From positions 62,001 through 126,000 of the forward strand of contig CDROCS010002422.1 of assembly GCA_977020255.1 (NCBI GenBank): 64,000 bases of DNA, read 5' to 3'. Position 1 is the stretch's first letter; each line of letters begins with the position of its first letter. The DNA is from Obrimoposthia wandeli (lineage: Eukaryota). Shown here in pieces: positions 20,191 to 30,169 of this stretch. The notes beneath the pieces were generated by a model. That model was given only the letters and a program-made list of their open reading frames with translations, had not been told where the DNA came from and ran no database searches. A program made the position numbers and the translations under genes.

Positions 20191-20558
20191 AATAATTTTC
20201 CCTTAAAAGCATTACATAAAGGCCTCTGCAAACCTATCACACAAAATTGAAGCAAGACAAAAAGCGGCCAAACAACGCACTTGTTGTTGGTATAACAGGT
20301 GTGATGAATATGTTGAGCCGATTTCTAACGCTGTATTATCGAGTGCTGTAGTATGCTGAGAACTCACATAAAAACATTCTTTTTACCTACCTCAAAACTA
20401 GGCAGGTTTAATGAGGGCTACCATAGTAATTTTCAGATAACAAAGCAAGCTAAAGGGATTGGTGGCTGCGTAGCTAGCTCATGTTTAATCAACATGTCTA
20501 CCTGCAATATAGCTAATTACCCAGATGATTTACTGGATAATCGATTTAGCTTAGGAAC

Positions 20559-21077
20559 ATAAACAGGCTGCCCCGGATTTTGCTATGTTTTTACGATCAT
20601 AGAGAGGTATTTTGAAGGAGTAGTGCGGCTTCGTAACTTAGTTAGTGCCCATCCAGAAACGGATGTCTACTGCGAACGCCTCACTAACTCAATCTACTCA
20701 CTACTAGAGCTAGATAATTGGAATAACCAAACGCCCATATCTAGTAGTACGTATCTTAAATCATTGGGACGCTCTCGCGACGACCCCGTTTCAGGATGAG
20801 CACTAGTTAGGGTTTGAATTTTGTTTAGGATAAAAAGACTTAAAATCCATCGATTGTAATAGCAAAAGAAAGGTCCAGCCACCCCTATCCAATTGCTGTT
20901 TTGTCTCGATTATTTCCCTGTATAAATTTAAATAAATGCTAAAACAGCAGCACTCAGGAATAGCCCAAGAGTTAACGACACCAGCAAAGCAGTTATCGCT
21001 CAAGAATGATTAACGGACAGAGATTACTATTAACTAATAAATCACTAACAATCAAACTATTTAGACCCCATTGATTT
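20559..21077. repeat. Long direct repeat copy 1 (with a 133 bp extra segment at 20672-20804)
   Basis: Near-identical to 23060-23445 apart from the extra segment; includes the last codons of the MocR gene. Confidence 0.95.
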
Positions 21078-22478
21078 TTCATGACATAATTTCCCCAATG
21101 TTTTAATGGCTTGTTGTATTATCGGATCACCACTATTTATCGAATTCAAGCGCATATAATGACTGTATTTATCGGTTGTTGAAAAAAAGCTTCCAGGTGC
21201 AATTGATATACCTTCATCTAAAGCTTTTTGATGTAGCTTGATCGAATTGATGGCTTTTGGCATTTCAACCCACAGCAAGTATCCTCCTTGTGGGAAACTA
21301 ACCCTTGTGCCCTCTGGCATATATTTACTTAGTAAATTAAGCATGATGTCTCTGTCACGCTTATTATTTAAGCGCGTTTTACGCAAGTGCTTTTCGTAAT
21401 ACCCTTGCGCTAAAAATTCCGCTATTGCTAATTGGTTTAATGATGGCGTATTCATACTTGAAATATATTTAGCCATTGTCACTTTCTCAATATACTTCCC
21501 AGGAATCACCCAACCTACTCTAAGCCCAGTGGCTATTGATTTAGAAAATGAAGAGCAATAAATAACCTGATCATTGGTATCAAAAGATTTAATGGTTCTA
21601 GGACGGGGAACCTTATACGTAAGATCCCCATAAACGTCATCTTCTATGAGGGGAATATCATATTTTTTGAGTAATTCTAAAAGCTTCACCTTATGACTAT
21701 CAGGCATTGTATAGCCTAAAGGATTGTTATTGGCAGGATTCAACAAACACGCTTTAACGGGCCATTGCTCTAAAGCGAGTTCTAAAGCTTCAAGACTAAT
21801 ACCTGTATCAGCATGAGTTGGAATTTCCAGCGCTTTTACTCGATTCATTTCAATTGCTTGTAGACTGCCGAAAAAGATGGGTGAATCAACGAGTATGATA
21901 TCTCCGGGTTCTGTAATAGCACGTAGTACACTCGTTAATGCTTCTTGGCAGCCTGTCGTGATAACTATTTCATCTGGGTGAATACTACAACCTGAATCAA
22001 TCATCAAACGGGCTATTTGATGACGTAGTTCAGGCCGCCCTTGTAAATTCCCATAGGAAAGTAAATCACTCCAAGATGTTCGATTTAACTCCCCTGTTAT
22101 TTTTCGAAGAGGTTTCAGTGTCGACACGTGAACATTAGGAGAAGCTCTGTTTAATGGTATAGCTTGGTTATCACTGGCATTTTTCAACATATGTAAAATT
22201 TCTTGCCATCTAGTCACTTCACGAGGCTTTGGTACGGGTCTGCTGATATGAGGAAGCTGAGGACGTTGCTGATTGGCGCGAACATAGTAGCCTGATTTCG
22301 GCCTTACTTTAGCTAACCCTGAATCAACCAATAAAGCATAAGCCTCCTGAACGGTAGATACACTAACCCCTTGCTCCTGGCTAGTCGCTCTAATAGAGGG
22401 CAATTTGTCACCTGTTTGATAATAGCCTTGTTCTACACGCTCTTGTAAACGCGTCGCGACCTGCTCATAAAGCTTCAT
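21057..22478 (-). CDS. MocR/GntR family regulator (YjiR/YdcR-like)
   Basis: KLYEQVA...KLPSIR...SVSTVQEAY; NNPLG, EDDVY, SSFSKSIATGLRVGW. Confidence 0.93.
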   Translation of the reverse strand: MKLYEQVATRLQERVEQGYYQTGDKLPSIRATSQEQGVSVSTVQEAYALLVDSGLAKVRPKSGYYVRANQQRPQLPHISRPVPKPREVTRWQEILHMLKNASDNQAIPLNRASPNVHVSTLKPLRKITGELNRTSWSDLLSYGNLQGRPELRHQIARLMIDSGCSIHPDEIVITTGCQEALTSVLRAITEPGDIILVDSPIFFGSLQAIEMNRVKALEIPTHADTGISLEALELALEQWPVKACLLNPANNNPLGYTMPDSHKVKLLELLKKYDIPLIEDDVYGDLTYKVPRPRTIKSFDTNDQVIYCSSFSKSIATGLRVGWVIPGKYIEKVTMAKYISSMNTPSLNQLAIAEFLAQGYYEKHLRKTRLNNKRDRDIMLNLLSKYMPEGTRVSFPQGGYLLWVEMPKAINSIKLHQKALDEGISIAPGSFFSTTDKYSHYMRLNSINSGDPIIQQAIKTLGKLCHEKSMGSK

Positions 22479-22527
22479 TGTTTCTCCCATACCTATAAAT
22501 AAAACACTACAGATTTAATTATTAATG

Positions 22528-22561
22528 GCAGTACAGAAGGCCACAACCCAATCTGTACTGC
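22528..22561. promoter_or_regulatory. Inverted repeat operator candidate for MocR
   Basis: Perfect GCAGTACAGA-N14-TCTGTACTGC, with extra TACAGAT/ATCTGTA half-sites nearby, between divergent genes. Confidence 0.65.
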
Positions 22562-22644
22562 TAATAATAATAGTTTTCTACATCTGTAATAGTACCAAAT
22601 AAATAACTAAAATAAAGCCTAATAAATGATACGGAGATAATACA

Positions 22645-22890
22645 ATGAAGGATTTAGTTATTTTTATTTGTGGTACATTACAAAACTTTATCTTTAACTA
22701 TACTAGCCGTAAAAAATTGCTAACGTTAAATGGTAGAGCCTTGCAGGATATAGGATTGAGCTATGAAGAGGCTATTGCGGAAGGTCAAAAACCCTTTTGG
22801 AAAGGCAATGCCTACCGATCTATTCCATCAGAAAAGGATATCCATGAAAACAACCAGAACAATAAACTCCATTCAAAGCTAATCACATGA
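22645..22890 (+). CDS. DUF1127 (YjiS-like) small protein
   Basis: RKKLLTLNGRALQDIGLS...E..KPFW; the divergent MocR-DUF1127 arrangement parallels E. coli yjiR/yjiS. Confidence 0.85.
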   Translation: MKDLVIFICGTLQNFIFNYTSRKKLLTLNGRALQDIGLSYEEAIAEGQKPFWKGNAYRSIPSEKDIHENNQNNKLHSKLIT

Positions 22891-23059
22891 ATTTAAACTT
22901 TAAAAATTGTATGTCAATTCCATACTTTTTTGAACTATCGATATGAGGTATTCGGGAGCTATAGAGTGGGCATTCCAACAGCGTTTTTAAATTTGTGTAA
23001 CTAAAAACTGTATTTTATCAATGTACCGCATTGAATTAAATAGAGATAATGAAATGAGT

Positions 23060-23445
23060 ATAAACATGCTGCCCCGGATTTTGCTATGTTTTAACGATCA
23101 TAGAGAGGTATTTTGAAGGGGTAGTGCGGCTTCGTAACTTAGTTAGTGCCCATCCAGAAACGGACGCCTACTAGTTAGGGTTTGAATTTTGTTTAGGATA
23201 AAAAGACTTAAAATCCATCGATTGTAATAGCAAAAGAAAGGTCTAGCCACCCCTATCCAATTGCTGTTTTGTCTCGATTATTCCCCTGTATAAATTTAAA
23301 TAAATGCTAAAACAGCAGCACTCAGGAATAGCCCAAGAGTTAACGACGCCAGCAAAACAGTTATCGCTCAAGAATGATTAACGGACAGAGAGTACTATTA
23401 GCTAATAAATCACTAACAATCAAACTATTCTGATCCCATTGATTT
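23060..23445. repeat. Long direct repeat copy 2
   Basis: Matches 20559-21077 minus the 133 bp segment. Confidence 0.95.
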
Positions 23446-23802
23446 CAAGTTGACAGAAGCGCTTCGTATAACGGCTATCTTTATAGACGAAATCACAAAA
23501 CTCTATTCGCCTTTTATTCATCCATACTTGGACTAATTCGATTTGTATCGAGCAAGGCAAACCACATATAGGTAAATCTTATACTGAGCGACGGACATAT
23601 TTATTAGTAGTGCCGATGGCACCTATCAATGGGTCTATTGCTTTAAAACGTTTATCACGATGACAGTGAACAATGACATTATTTAACGCTTCGTTATGCT
23701 CTATTTGATTGACGCATAGGCCTTTTAAAGCCAAAATAATGGCTATGTTTGACAGGTTTGTGAAAATTCGTTTGCTGTATTAGAAATACAGCACTGTGAG
23801 CC
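23446..23802 (-). mobile_element. ISL3-family left end plus truncated, degenerate transposase 5' fragment
   Basis: Minus strand begins GGCTCACAGTG (ISL3-like end); encodes LKGLCVNQIEH...RDKRFKAIDP...KYVRRSV*DLPICGLPCSIQIEL...SRYTKRFCQL. Confidence 0.65.
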
Positions 23803-24064
23803 TTGTATTATGAACTTTTGGGTAATCTTTTTTATATTCCAAAAATACAGCCCCAAGCTTTTGTAATATATTGTTTCTATTAGCTTATTATCAGTGTGTA
23901 AATATTTTCAACAATTCATTCAAACAACAGCCAAAATATTCGCTGGGATACTGATAGTCATAGATTTGTTGTTTATAAAGTTGCGGGAAGTCTTATATTT
24001 CGACAGCTTATATGATCATGAGCTATCCTTTCTCACTCATCTATCCGTAGAAGGGCCTATATTT

Positions 24065-24865
24065 ATGCTTAAAAAATATATTTATGAAGTATATAGCGCC
24101 ATATTGCTCATATTATTTCCCTTAGCTTCTTTTGGAAAACCCTTCCCTGATACTATATCGATTTCCAGCACTGTATATCCTCCCTTTGTAATTAATGATA
24201 ACGGCCAATTAAAAGGAATTGATTTCGATATTGTTGAAGAGGCTGGCAAACGCCTTGGCATCACTGTAAAACCACAATTAATACCATGGGGAAGAATTCA
24301 AAAGAATTTAAAACGGGAAACCAGCAAACTACAAGCTGTTGTATCTTTTTTTAAGACTCCTCAAAGAACTAAATATATGGACTACACGAATGTCCCAACT
24401 CATATAACAAAATACACACTCTTTGTAAAAACCGACAACACAATAACGTTTGAAAAGCTTTCAGACATAAATAACTTTGAAGGCAAAACAATTGGAATTA
24501 ACCGCTACTTTAAAAAAACTCCTGAGTTTAACCAATACAGGGAGTCAAATTTATTCAAAACTGAAATGGTAGATACAGATAAACAAAACTTTTCAAAACT
24601 AATGGCAGGGCGCGTTGATGCTGTATTAACAAACTACCATGTTGGTCATTACGCAATACAGCAACTTGAATTGTCACATGAAATAAAATCTTTACCTTAT
24701 TCGTTATCAGAAGAACCCGCTTTTTTAATTTTTGCTAAATCAGCAAAACTAGGTCATTTAATACCTCTGTTTAACGAGACCCTAAAGCATATGGTTAACG
24801 ACGGGACCTATAAGAGGATTTATTCTAAATATGGAATCATTACACCTTCAGCTACCGATTTTTGA
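24065..24865 (+). CDS. Family 3 (amino-acid type) periplasmic solute-binding protein
   Basis: YPPFV...GIDFDIV...PWGR...SFFKTPQRTKYMDY...L.AGRVDA; ORF track start 23894 is probably too long. Confidence 0.85.
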   Translation: MLKKYIYEVYSAILLILFPLASFGKPFPDTISISSTVYPPFVINDNGQLKGIDFDIVEEAGKRLGITVKPQLIPWGRIQKNLKRETSKLQAVVSFFKTPQRTKYMDYTNVPTHITKYTLFVKTDNTITFEKLSDINNFEGKTIGINRYFKKTPEFNQYRESNLFKTEMVDTDKQNFSKLMAGRVDAVLTNYHVGHYAIQQLELSHEIKSLPYSLSEEPAFLIFAKSAKLGHLIPLFNETLKHMVNDGTYKRIYSKYGIITPSATDF

Positions 24866-24910
24866 TTAGTGCATCTCTAGCGTCCACCTCAATTAATTTA
24901 CGGTGAATCA

Positions 24911-25090
24911 TACGGCTACGCGCCAGTTATTGCAGAAGGTGTTGAAACGGTTGAGCATGCAAATGTACCATTACAACAAGGCTGTGAATTAGCACTAGAT
25001 TATGGTATTGCTAAACCTATGCTGGCGAATAAAATCGCTGCGTTGCTTAGTGCTTGGGAACTAGAACCGAACTGGCATAATTTAAGGTAA
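24911..25090 (+). pseudogene. EAL phosphodiesterase C-terminal remnant
   Basis: VIAEGVETVEH...GCELALDYGIAKPM (degenerate QGY motif), with no upstream domain. Confidence 0.7.
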
Positions 25091-25154
25091 CGATTATAAA
25101 TATATCAAGATGATGCCGGAACTGTAATGAATGAATAACCTAAAAGGTGACGTT

Positions 25155-25928
25155 ATGTTTTTTTTAAAGCTTTTTTTACTGTTCATATTTATATTCACAA
25201 TTTTCGCAAAGCCATCGTATTCGCAAACAAATAAATTGACAGTTTCTGTGGGAGAGTGGCCTCCATATATAACCAAAGATTTAAAATATAATGGAGCTGT
25301 TGCTCACTTAATCAAAAATATTCTCGAGGATATTGGTTATGAAGCAGAGTTAATTTTTTACCCTTGGGCAAGAGCTTATTCACAAGCAGCGAATGGTAAA
25401 GATGATTTAACAGGTGTGTGGATGCACAAGTTAGAAAGAGAAGAAGATTTCTATTACAGTGAGCCAATACTTTCTGAAAAGTTTGTGTTTTTTCATCTTA
25501 AAGAACTTAATTTCAATTGGGATGTGTTGAAAGATTTAAGTGGTTTTACTGTATTAGGGATGAAAGGTTATAGCTATGGGGAAGGTTTTGATAACGCGAT
25601 TAAGAAAGGGAACATAAACATGATTGATAAAGTAACCAAGACGAAACAAGGTTTTGGAATGCTACTGCTCAATCGTGCTCAGCTTTACCCCCAAGAAATG
25701 AATATAGGAAACTATGAGCTTAAAAAGTATTTTAATGACCATGATATAGCAAGAATAACTTATCATTCTAAACCTTTTTTGATAAATAATAGTTATTTAC
25801 TTTTTCCTAAAAAAACACCTAAAAGCTTAGAATTATTACAGAAGTTTAATGAAAAGCTAAGAACTTATAGAACTACAGGCAAATATGACCGTTATTTTAA
25901 ATCGCTATCTGAAGGGTTTTATAACTAA
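25155..25928 (+). CDS. Family 3 periplasmic solute-binding protein
   Basis: GEWPPYI...YPWARAY...HKLEREEDFYYSEPI...GYSYG. Confidence 0.88.
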   Translation: MFFLKLFLLFIFIFTIFAKPSYSQTNKLTVSVGEWPPYITKDLKYNGAVAHLIKNILEDIGYEAELIFYPWARAYSQAANGKDDLTGVWMHKLEREEDFYYSEPILSEKFVFFHLKELNFNWDVLKDLSGFTVLGMKGYSYGEGFDNAIKKGNINMIDKVTKTKQGFGMLLLNRAQLYPQEMNIGNYELKKYFNDHDIARITYHSKPFLINNSYLLFPKKTPKSLELLQKFNEKLRTYRTTGKYDRYFKSLSEGFYN

Positions 25929-26076
25929 GCTGAGTTGTTTTTTTATAAATATACCGCTTTTTAGGCCCTGGATTATAAAGCGATTAGGCAATCTACGAAT
26001 AAGGTTTCTCTTCTGACTGCAGGCAACGTGAAACTAGTGATTTACTATACCTAATCAGTGCTAGATGAACCTCTAG

Positions 26077-26973
26077 TTAGTTTATAATTTCTTCCCAGAG
26101 CGCTGTCAGTTGCGGGTGAGCATTTTGTTTAGCTTTATAAACGCGAATTTCTAAAGGGATTTGCCAACTTGAATCGCCAGCAGGTATTAAATTAGTTTCT
26201 CTTTTTGATGTAAGCATACGCTCCGGTAGCCAGCCTAGACCGAAGCCCTCTTCAATCATAGCTTTTACACTGGTTGACTGTCCGCTTTCGCTGACGGTTA
26301 ATAATTGCGCTAATTCCGTTTTTTTAGCGAGAAACTTAGTGATCACTTTATTGAGCACTGTTTGATCGTTATAGCTAATATATGAGGTGTGATCAGCGCT
26401 TGGCAGTGAATATAGAGGTGAGCCATCTGTATCTGCAATACTCATAGGAAGGAGCTTTTCATGACCTACAGTCACGTAATCAAAGTCTCGTCCATCTATG
26501 GTGTCAAAGAAGTCGATATTGGGCGACCAATAACAAATCACTAGATCACATTTACTCTGTTCAAGCTCTTGTATCAACTGTCTACTTGCCCAGGACGCAG
26601 ATTTAAGATTAATTTTTAAATCGATATCAGAATTTAAGTTATTTACCCAGTTTCTATAAAAACTTAGATACAGAGATTGTGTTGTGGCAAGGCGCAACTT
26701 TTGGGATTCAACTTTTTCCAAATTGAGGCAACGATCTTTTACCTCTTTAAGTTGTTGGGTGATGTTCTCACAAGTTGCTAAAAATAACTCCCCTGAAGGG
26801 GTTAAGGTCAACGGCATTGTCTCGCGGTTGATCAACATAGCGTCCATTTCTTCTTCAAGAAGTTTAATGCGCCTGCTAAAGGTTGGCTGAGTGATGTTTC
26901 TCTCTTCTGCAGCGCGTGAGAAATGTCGAGTGCGTGCCAATGCACAGAAATCTTCTAGCCATCTAACTTCCAT
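26077..26973 (-). CDS. LysR family regulator
   Basis: MEVRWLEDFCALARTRHFSRAAEERNITQPTFSRRI. Confidence 0.92.
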   Translation of the reverse strand: MEVRWLEDFCALARTRHFSRAAEERNITQPTFSRRIKLLEEEMDAMLINRETMPLTLTPSGELFLATCENITQQLKEVKDRCLNLEKVESQKLRLATTQSLYLSFYRNWVNNLNSDIDLKINLKSASWASRQLIQELEQSKCDLVICYWSPNIDFFDTIDGRDFDYVTVGHEKLLPMSIADTDGSPLYSLPSADHTSYISYNDQTVLNKVITKFLAKKTELAQLLTVSESGQSTSVKAMIEEGFGLGWLPERMLTSKRETNLIPAGDSSWQIPLEIRVYKAKQNAHPQLTALWEEIIN

Positions 26974-27117
26974 TAATAGCCAGCTCCGTCCAAACTTGTG
27001 ATAAGCGAGGATATTGACGCTTCTATGAGTAAACACATACAGGGCATAAAATTAGCTTTCATTAGAATGGTTAAGCTTACACCACATCAAAAGTGGTGTA
27101 AGGGCGATGAGTATAAA

Positions 27118-28185
27118 CTAAATTCGATTTTCCTGTATGGCATGGCAGGCAACTTGTGAACTATCGCTTTGCAAGATCAGATGTGGAATTTCTTGTTTAC
27201 AGCGATCATTTGCATGCGGGCAGCGACCATGAAAGACACAACCACTGGGAAGGTTGATAGGGGTTGGTACCTCGCCAGTTAACTTTATATGTTTCGTACC
27301 ATTGTCATCAAGGCGCGGAATAGCACTCATAAGTGCTTGAGTATATGGATGCTTAGGGGTAGAAAATAGTGTTTTTGTCACCGCTAATTCACAAACAGTA
27401 CCTAAATACATCACTGCTACTCTAGTACCAAAATGCTCAACCACAGCTAAATCATGTGTGATAAACATATACGTAAGATCAAGCTGTTGCTGGGTATCCA
27501 TCATTAAATTTAGCACTTGAGCTTGAATGGACACATCTAGTGCAGAGATAGGCTCATCGGCTACAATAAATTCTGGCTCCACAGTCAAAGCTCTTGCAAT
27601 CGATATTCTCTGGCGCTGTCCACCGGAAAATTCATGTGGAAATCGCACTCCCCAATTAGGGTCTACCCCAACGGACTCCATCACTTGCGCTACTTTATCT
27701 TTGATTTGTGAAGCACTAAAGCTAGGATTGTGAAATTGTACTGGTTCTTCAAGGGTTTGGGTAATCGTTTTTCTTGGGTTTAAAGAAGCGTAGGGGTTTT
27801 GGAAAATCATTTGCATCTTTTTGCGGTAGGGCAGCATTTGTGAATTACTTAAATTATCGATGCGCTGGCCTTTAAAACAAACCTCTCCCATAGTGGGCTT
27901 TAGTAAACCCATAATGGTACGAGCTACTGTTGATTTCCCACAGCCGCTCTCTCCTACGACACACAGTGCCTCACCTTTGAATACTTCAAGATCGACGCCA
28001 TTTATCGCGTGGACGTGTTCTTTTTTACGAGATAGCTTGCCATCTTTAAACTGAATGCTATCGAGGAAATCTCCAGATATATCAAAGTGTTTATGTAAAG
28101 AACTCACTTGTAAAATACTTTCTTTGCTGCTTTTTTTGGGCTCAATATAATCCTCAGCAACAGCGTTTTGGGTGGTATTATTCAT
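27118..28185 (-). CDS. Di/oligopeptide ABC ATPase (DppF-like)
   Basis: GESGCGKST, FSGGQRQRISIARAL, C-terminal GCVFHGRCP. Confidence 0.93.
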   Translation of the reverse strand: MNNTTQNAVAEDYIEPKKSSKESILQVSSLHKHFDISGDFLDSIQFKDGKLSRKKEHVHAINGVDLEVFKGEALCVVGESGCGKSTVARTIMGLLKPTMGEVCFKGQRIDNLSNSQMLPYRKKMQMIFQNPYASLNPRKTITQTLEEPVQFHNPSFSASQIKDKVAQVMESVGVDPNWGVRFPHEFSGGQRQRISIARALTVEPEFIVADEPISALDVSIQAQVLNLMMDTQQQLDLTYMFITHDLAVVEHFGTRVAVMYLGTVCELAVTKTLFSTPKHPYTQALMSAIPRLDDNGTKHIKLTGEVPTPINLPSGCVFHGRCPHANDRCKQEIPHLILQSDSSQVACHAIQENRI

Positions 28186-29197
28186 CGTTAGTGAGTCCTT
28201 TTGCTTTGATTGCTTCCTCTTTGATTTCTTCCTCTTTCATTGCCTTGACCATATGACAGGCAACTAAACAACCGCCGGATTTTGTAAAATCTGGTCGCTG
28301 TGTTGAACAGGCATCGACTACAAAATCGCAGCGTGGGTTAAAGGAGCAACCGCTGGGTATTTCTTGCAAAGAGGGCATGGACCCTCGAATCTGGTTTAAC
28401 TTCTGCCCAGGAATGGTCTGCTGAGGTAAAGCATTAATCAAACCTTGAGTATAGGGGTGTTGTGCGTCATTAATTATCTCGTTAGTTGGCCCTTGCTCTA
28501 TTACTCGTCCCGCATACATCACCAGCGTTTTCTGAGTGACTTGAGAAACCACTCCTAAATCGTGAGTAATTAAAATAAGCGCCACGTTGTTAGAAGTACA
28601 CAGATCTAGCAGCAGCTCCATAATCTCGGCCTGAATAGTCACATCTAAGGCTGTTGTGGGTTCATCAGCTATGATTAATGCCGGATCCATTAACAGCGCT
28701 ATCGCAATGATGATACGCTGTTTCATTCCGCCTGATAACTCATGGGGATACTGATCCATACGCATCTCAGGGGACGGGATTTGCACTTGCTTTAACTTCG
28801 CAATAGCGATTTGTTTAGCGATCTTCTTTGAAATTTTACGATGTGCTCTAAGACATTCAATCATTTGTGCGCCAATGGTAAACACAGGGTTGAGTGTCAT
28901 CATCGGGTCTTGAAATATCATTGAAACTTTATTGCCGCGAATCTTGCGCATTTCTTTAGGGGATAGTTTTGAAAGATCTTGTCCCTCTAATAAAACTTCC
29001 CCAGAGGTAATTTCGCCAGGGCGACTCAGTAAATTCAATATGGCAAATGCCGCAACTGACTTGCCAGCTCCACTTTCACCAACGATCCCAAGGCGCTCTC
29101 CGCGCTCTAAGTCAAAACTGATATTTTGCAGGGCTTTTAATTCCATACTACGCAATTTGAAGCTAACTTCTAAATTTTTAACTTGTAAGAAGCTCAT
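28178..29197 (-). CDS. Di/oligopeptide ABC ATPase (DppD-like)
   Basis: GESGAGKS, YPHELSGGMKQR, ADEPTTALDVTIQA. Confidence 0.93.
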   Translation of the reverse strand: MSFLQVKNLEVSFKLRSMELKALQNISFDLERGERLGIVGESGAGKSVAAFAILNLLSRPGEITSGEVLLEGQDLSKLSPKEMRKIRGNKVSMIFQDPMMTLNPVFTIGAQMIECLRAHRKISKKIAKQIAIAKLKQVQIPSPEMRMDQYPHELSGGMKQRIIIAIALLMDPALIIADEPTTALDVTIQAEIMELLLDLCTSNNVALILITHDLGVVSQVTQKTLVMYAGRVIEQGPTNEIINDAQHPYTQGLINALPQQTIPGQKLNQIRGSMPSLQEIPSGCSFNPRCDFVVDACSTQRPDFTKSGGCLVACHMVKAMKEEEIKEEAIKAKGLTNDE

Positions 29198-29200
29198 GGT

Positions 29201-30169
29201 CTAATCCTTGTATAGTTTAGGATTGAGGACGTCGCGTAACCAGTCCCCGAGTAAATTCATAACCATCACTAACACCACTAGTAAGACACCAGGGATAGCC
29301 GTTATCCACCATGAACCACTGAATATATATTCAAAGCCGCTAGAGATAAGAGAACCTAGAGAAGGCTGAGAAACAGGCATTCCCAAACCGAGGAAAGACA
29401 GTGAGGCTTCACTAATAATAGCGTTTGCCACTTGTACGGTAGAGATAACAAGTAGAGGTGATAACGTATTCGGTAATATGTGGCGCAACATAATACGACT
29501 GCTGTTAAAGCCCATGACTCTTGCAGCATCCACATATTCTTTATGCTTTTCTGCCAATACTGATGCTCTAACAGTACGGGCATACTGTGGCCACTCGGCA
29601 ATACCTATAACGAGTATCAGCATGATTAAGGCCAATTTAGAATATAACTCTGCCCCAAAGGACGCTTGGAATACCGCCAATACCACGATAGCAACCATCA
29701 AAGTGGAAAAGCTCAACTGTATATCAGCCATACGCATTAAGAAACTATCTACTCGGCCACCAAAATAGCCGGCACAAAGGCCTACTATCACCCCTAAAAA
29801 ACATTGCAGCATGACAGCGCAAATACCTATTAATAGTGAAGTACGCATGCCATACAACATGGTGCTAAGCATATCTCGCCCTTGGGCGTCTGTACCCAAT
29901 AAGAACTGCTCTTCTGACTCGTCTTGCCATACAGGCGGTAGTTCTGAATCCATAATGTCTATTGAACTAGGATCGTACGGATCGAAGGGGGCAATTAATG
30001 GTGCTAAGATTGCGGCACTGGCAAAAAAAACAAACAGTGAAAAACTGGCAATCGCTACTTTATCTTTTTTGAAACTGTGCCATAGGTGTGAATTTTTGAA
30101 TCGCTGCCACATACTAGGCACACGATCATCGGTGGTGTTATCAATGCTGTTATCGATGACATTACTCAT
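29201..30169 (-). CDS. Peptide ABC permease (DppC-like)
   Basis: LLGTDAQGRDM, EYVDAARVMG, SFLGLG. Confidence 0.93.
   Translation of the reverse strand: MSNVIDNSIDNTTDDRVPSMWQRFKNSHLWHSFKKDKVAIASFSLFVFFASAAILAPLIAPFDPYDPSSIDIMDSELPPVWQDESEEQFLLGTDAQGRDMLSTMLYGMRTSLLIGICAVMLQCFLGVIVGLCAGYFGGRVDSFLMRMADIQLSFSTLMVAIVVLAVFQASFGAELYSKLALIMLILVIGIAEWPQYARTVRASVLAEKHKEYVDAARVMGFNSSRIMLRHILPNTLSPLLVISTVQVANAIISEASLSFLGLGMPVSQPSLGSLISSGFEYIFSGSWWITAIPGVLLVVLVMVMNLLGDWLRDVLNPKLYKD

Noticed and set aside
20190-20560. SAM riboswitch or MetJ boxes upstream of the Cys/Met-type enzyme
   Set aside because: No recognisable riboswitch core and no AGACGTCT repeats
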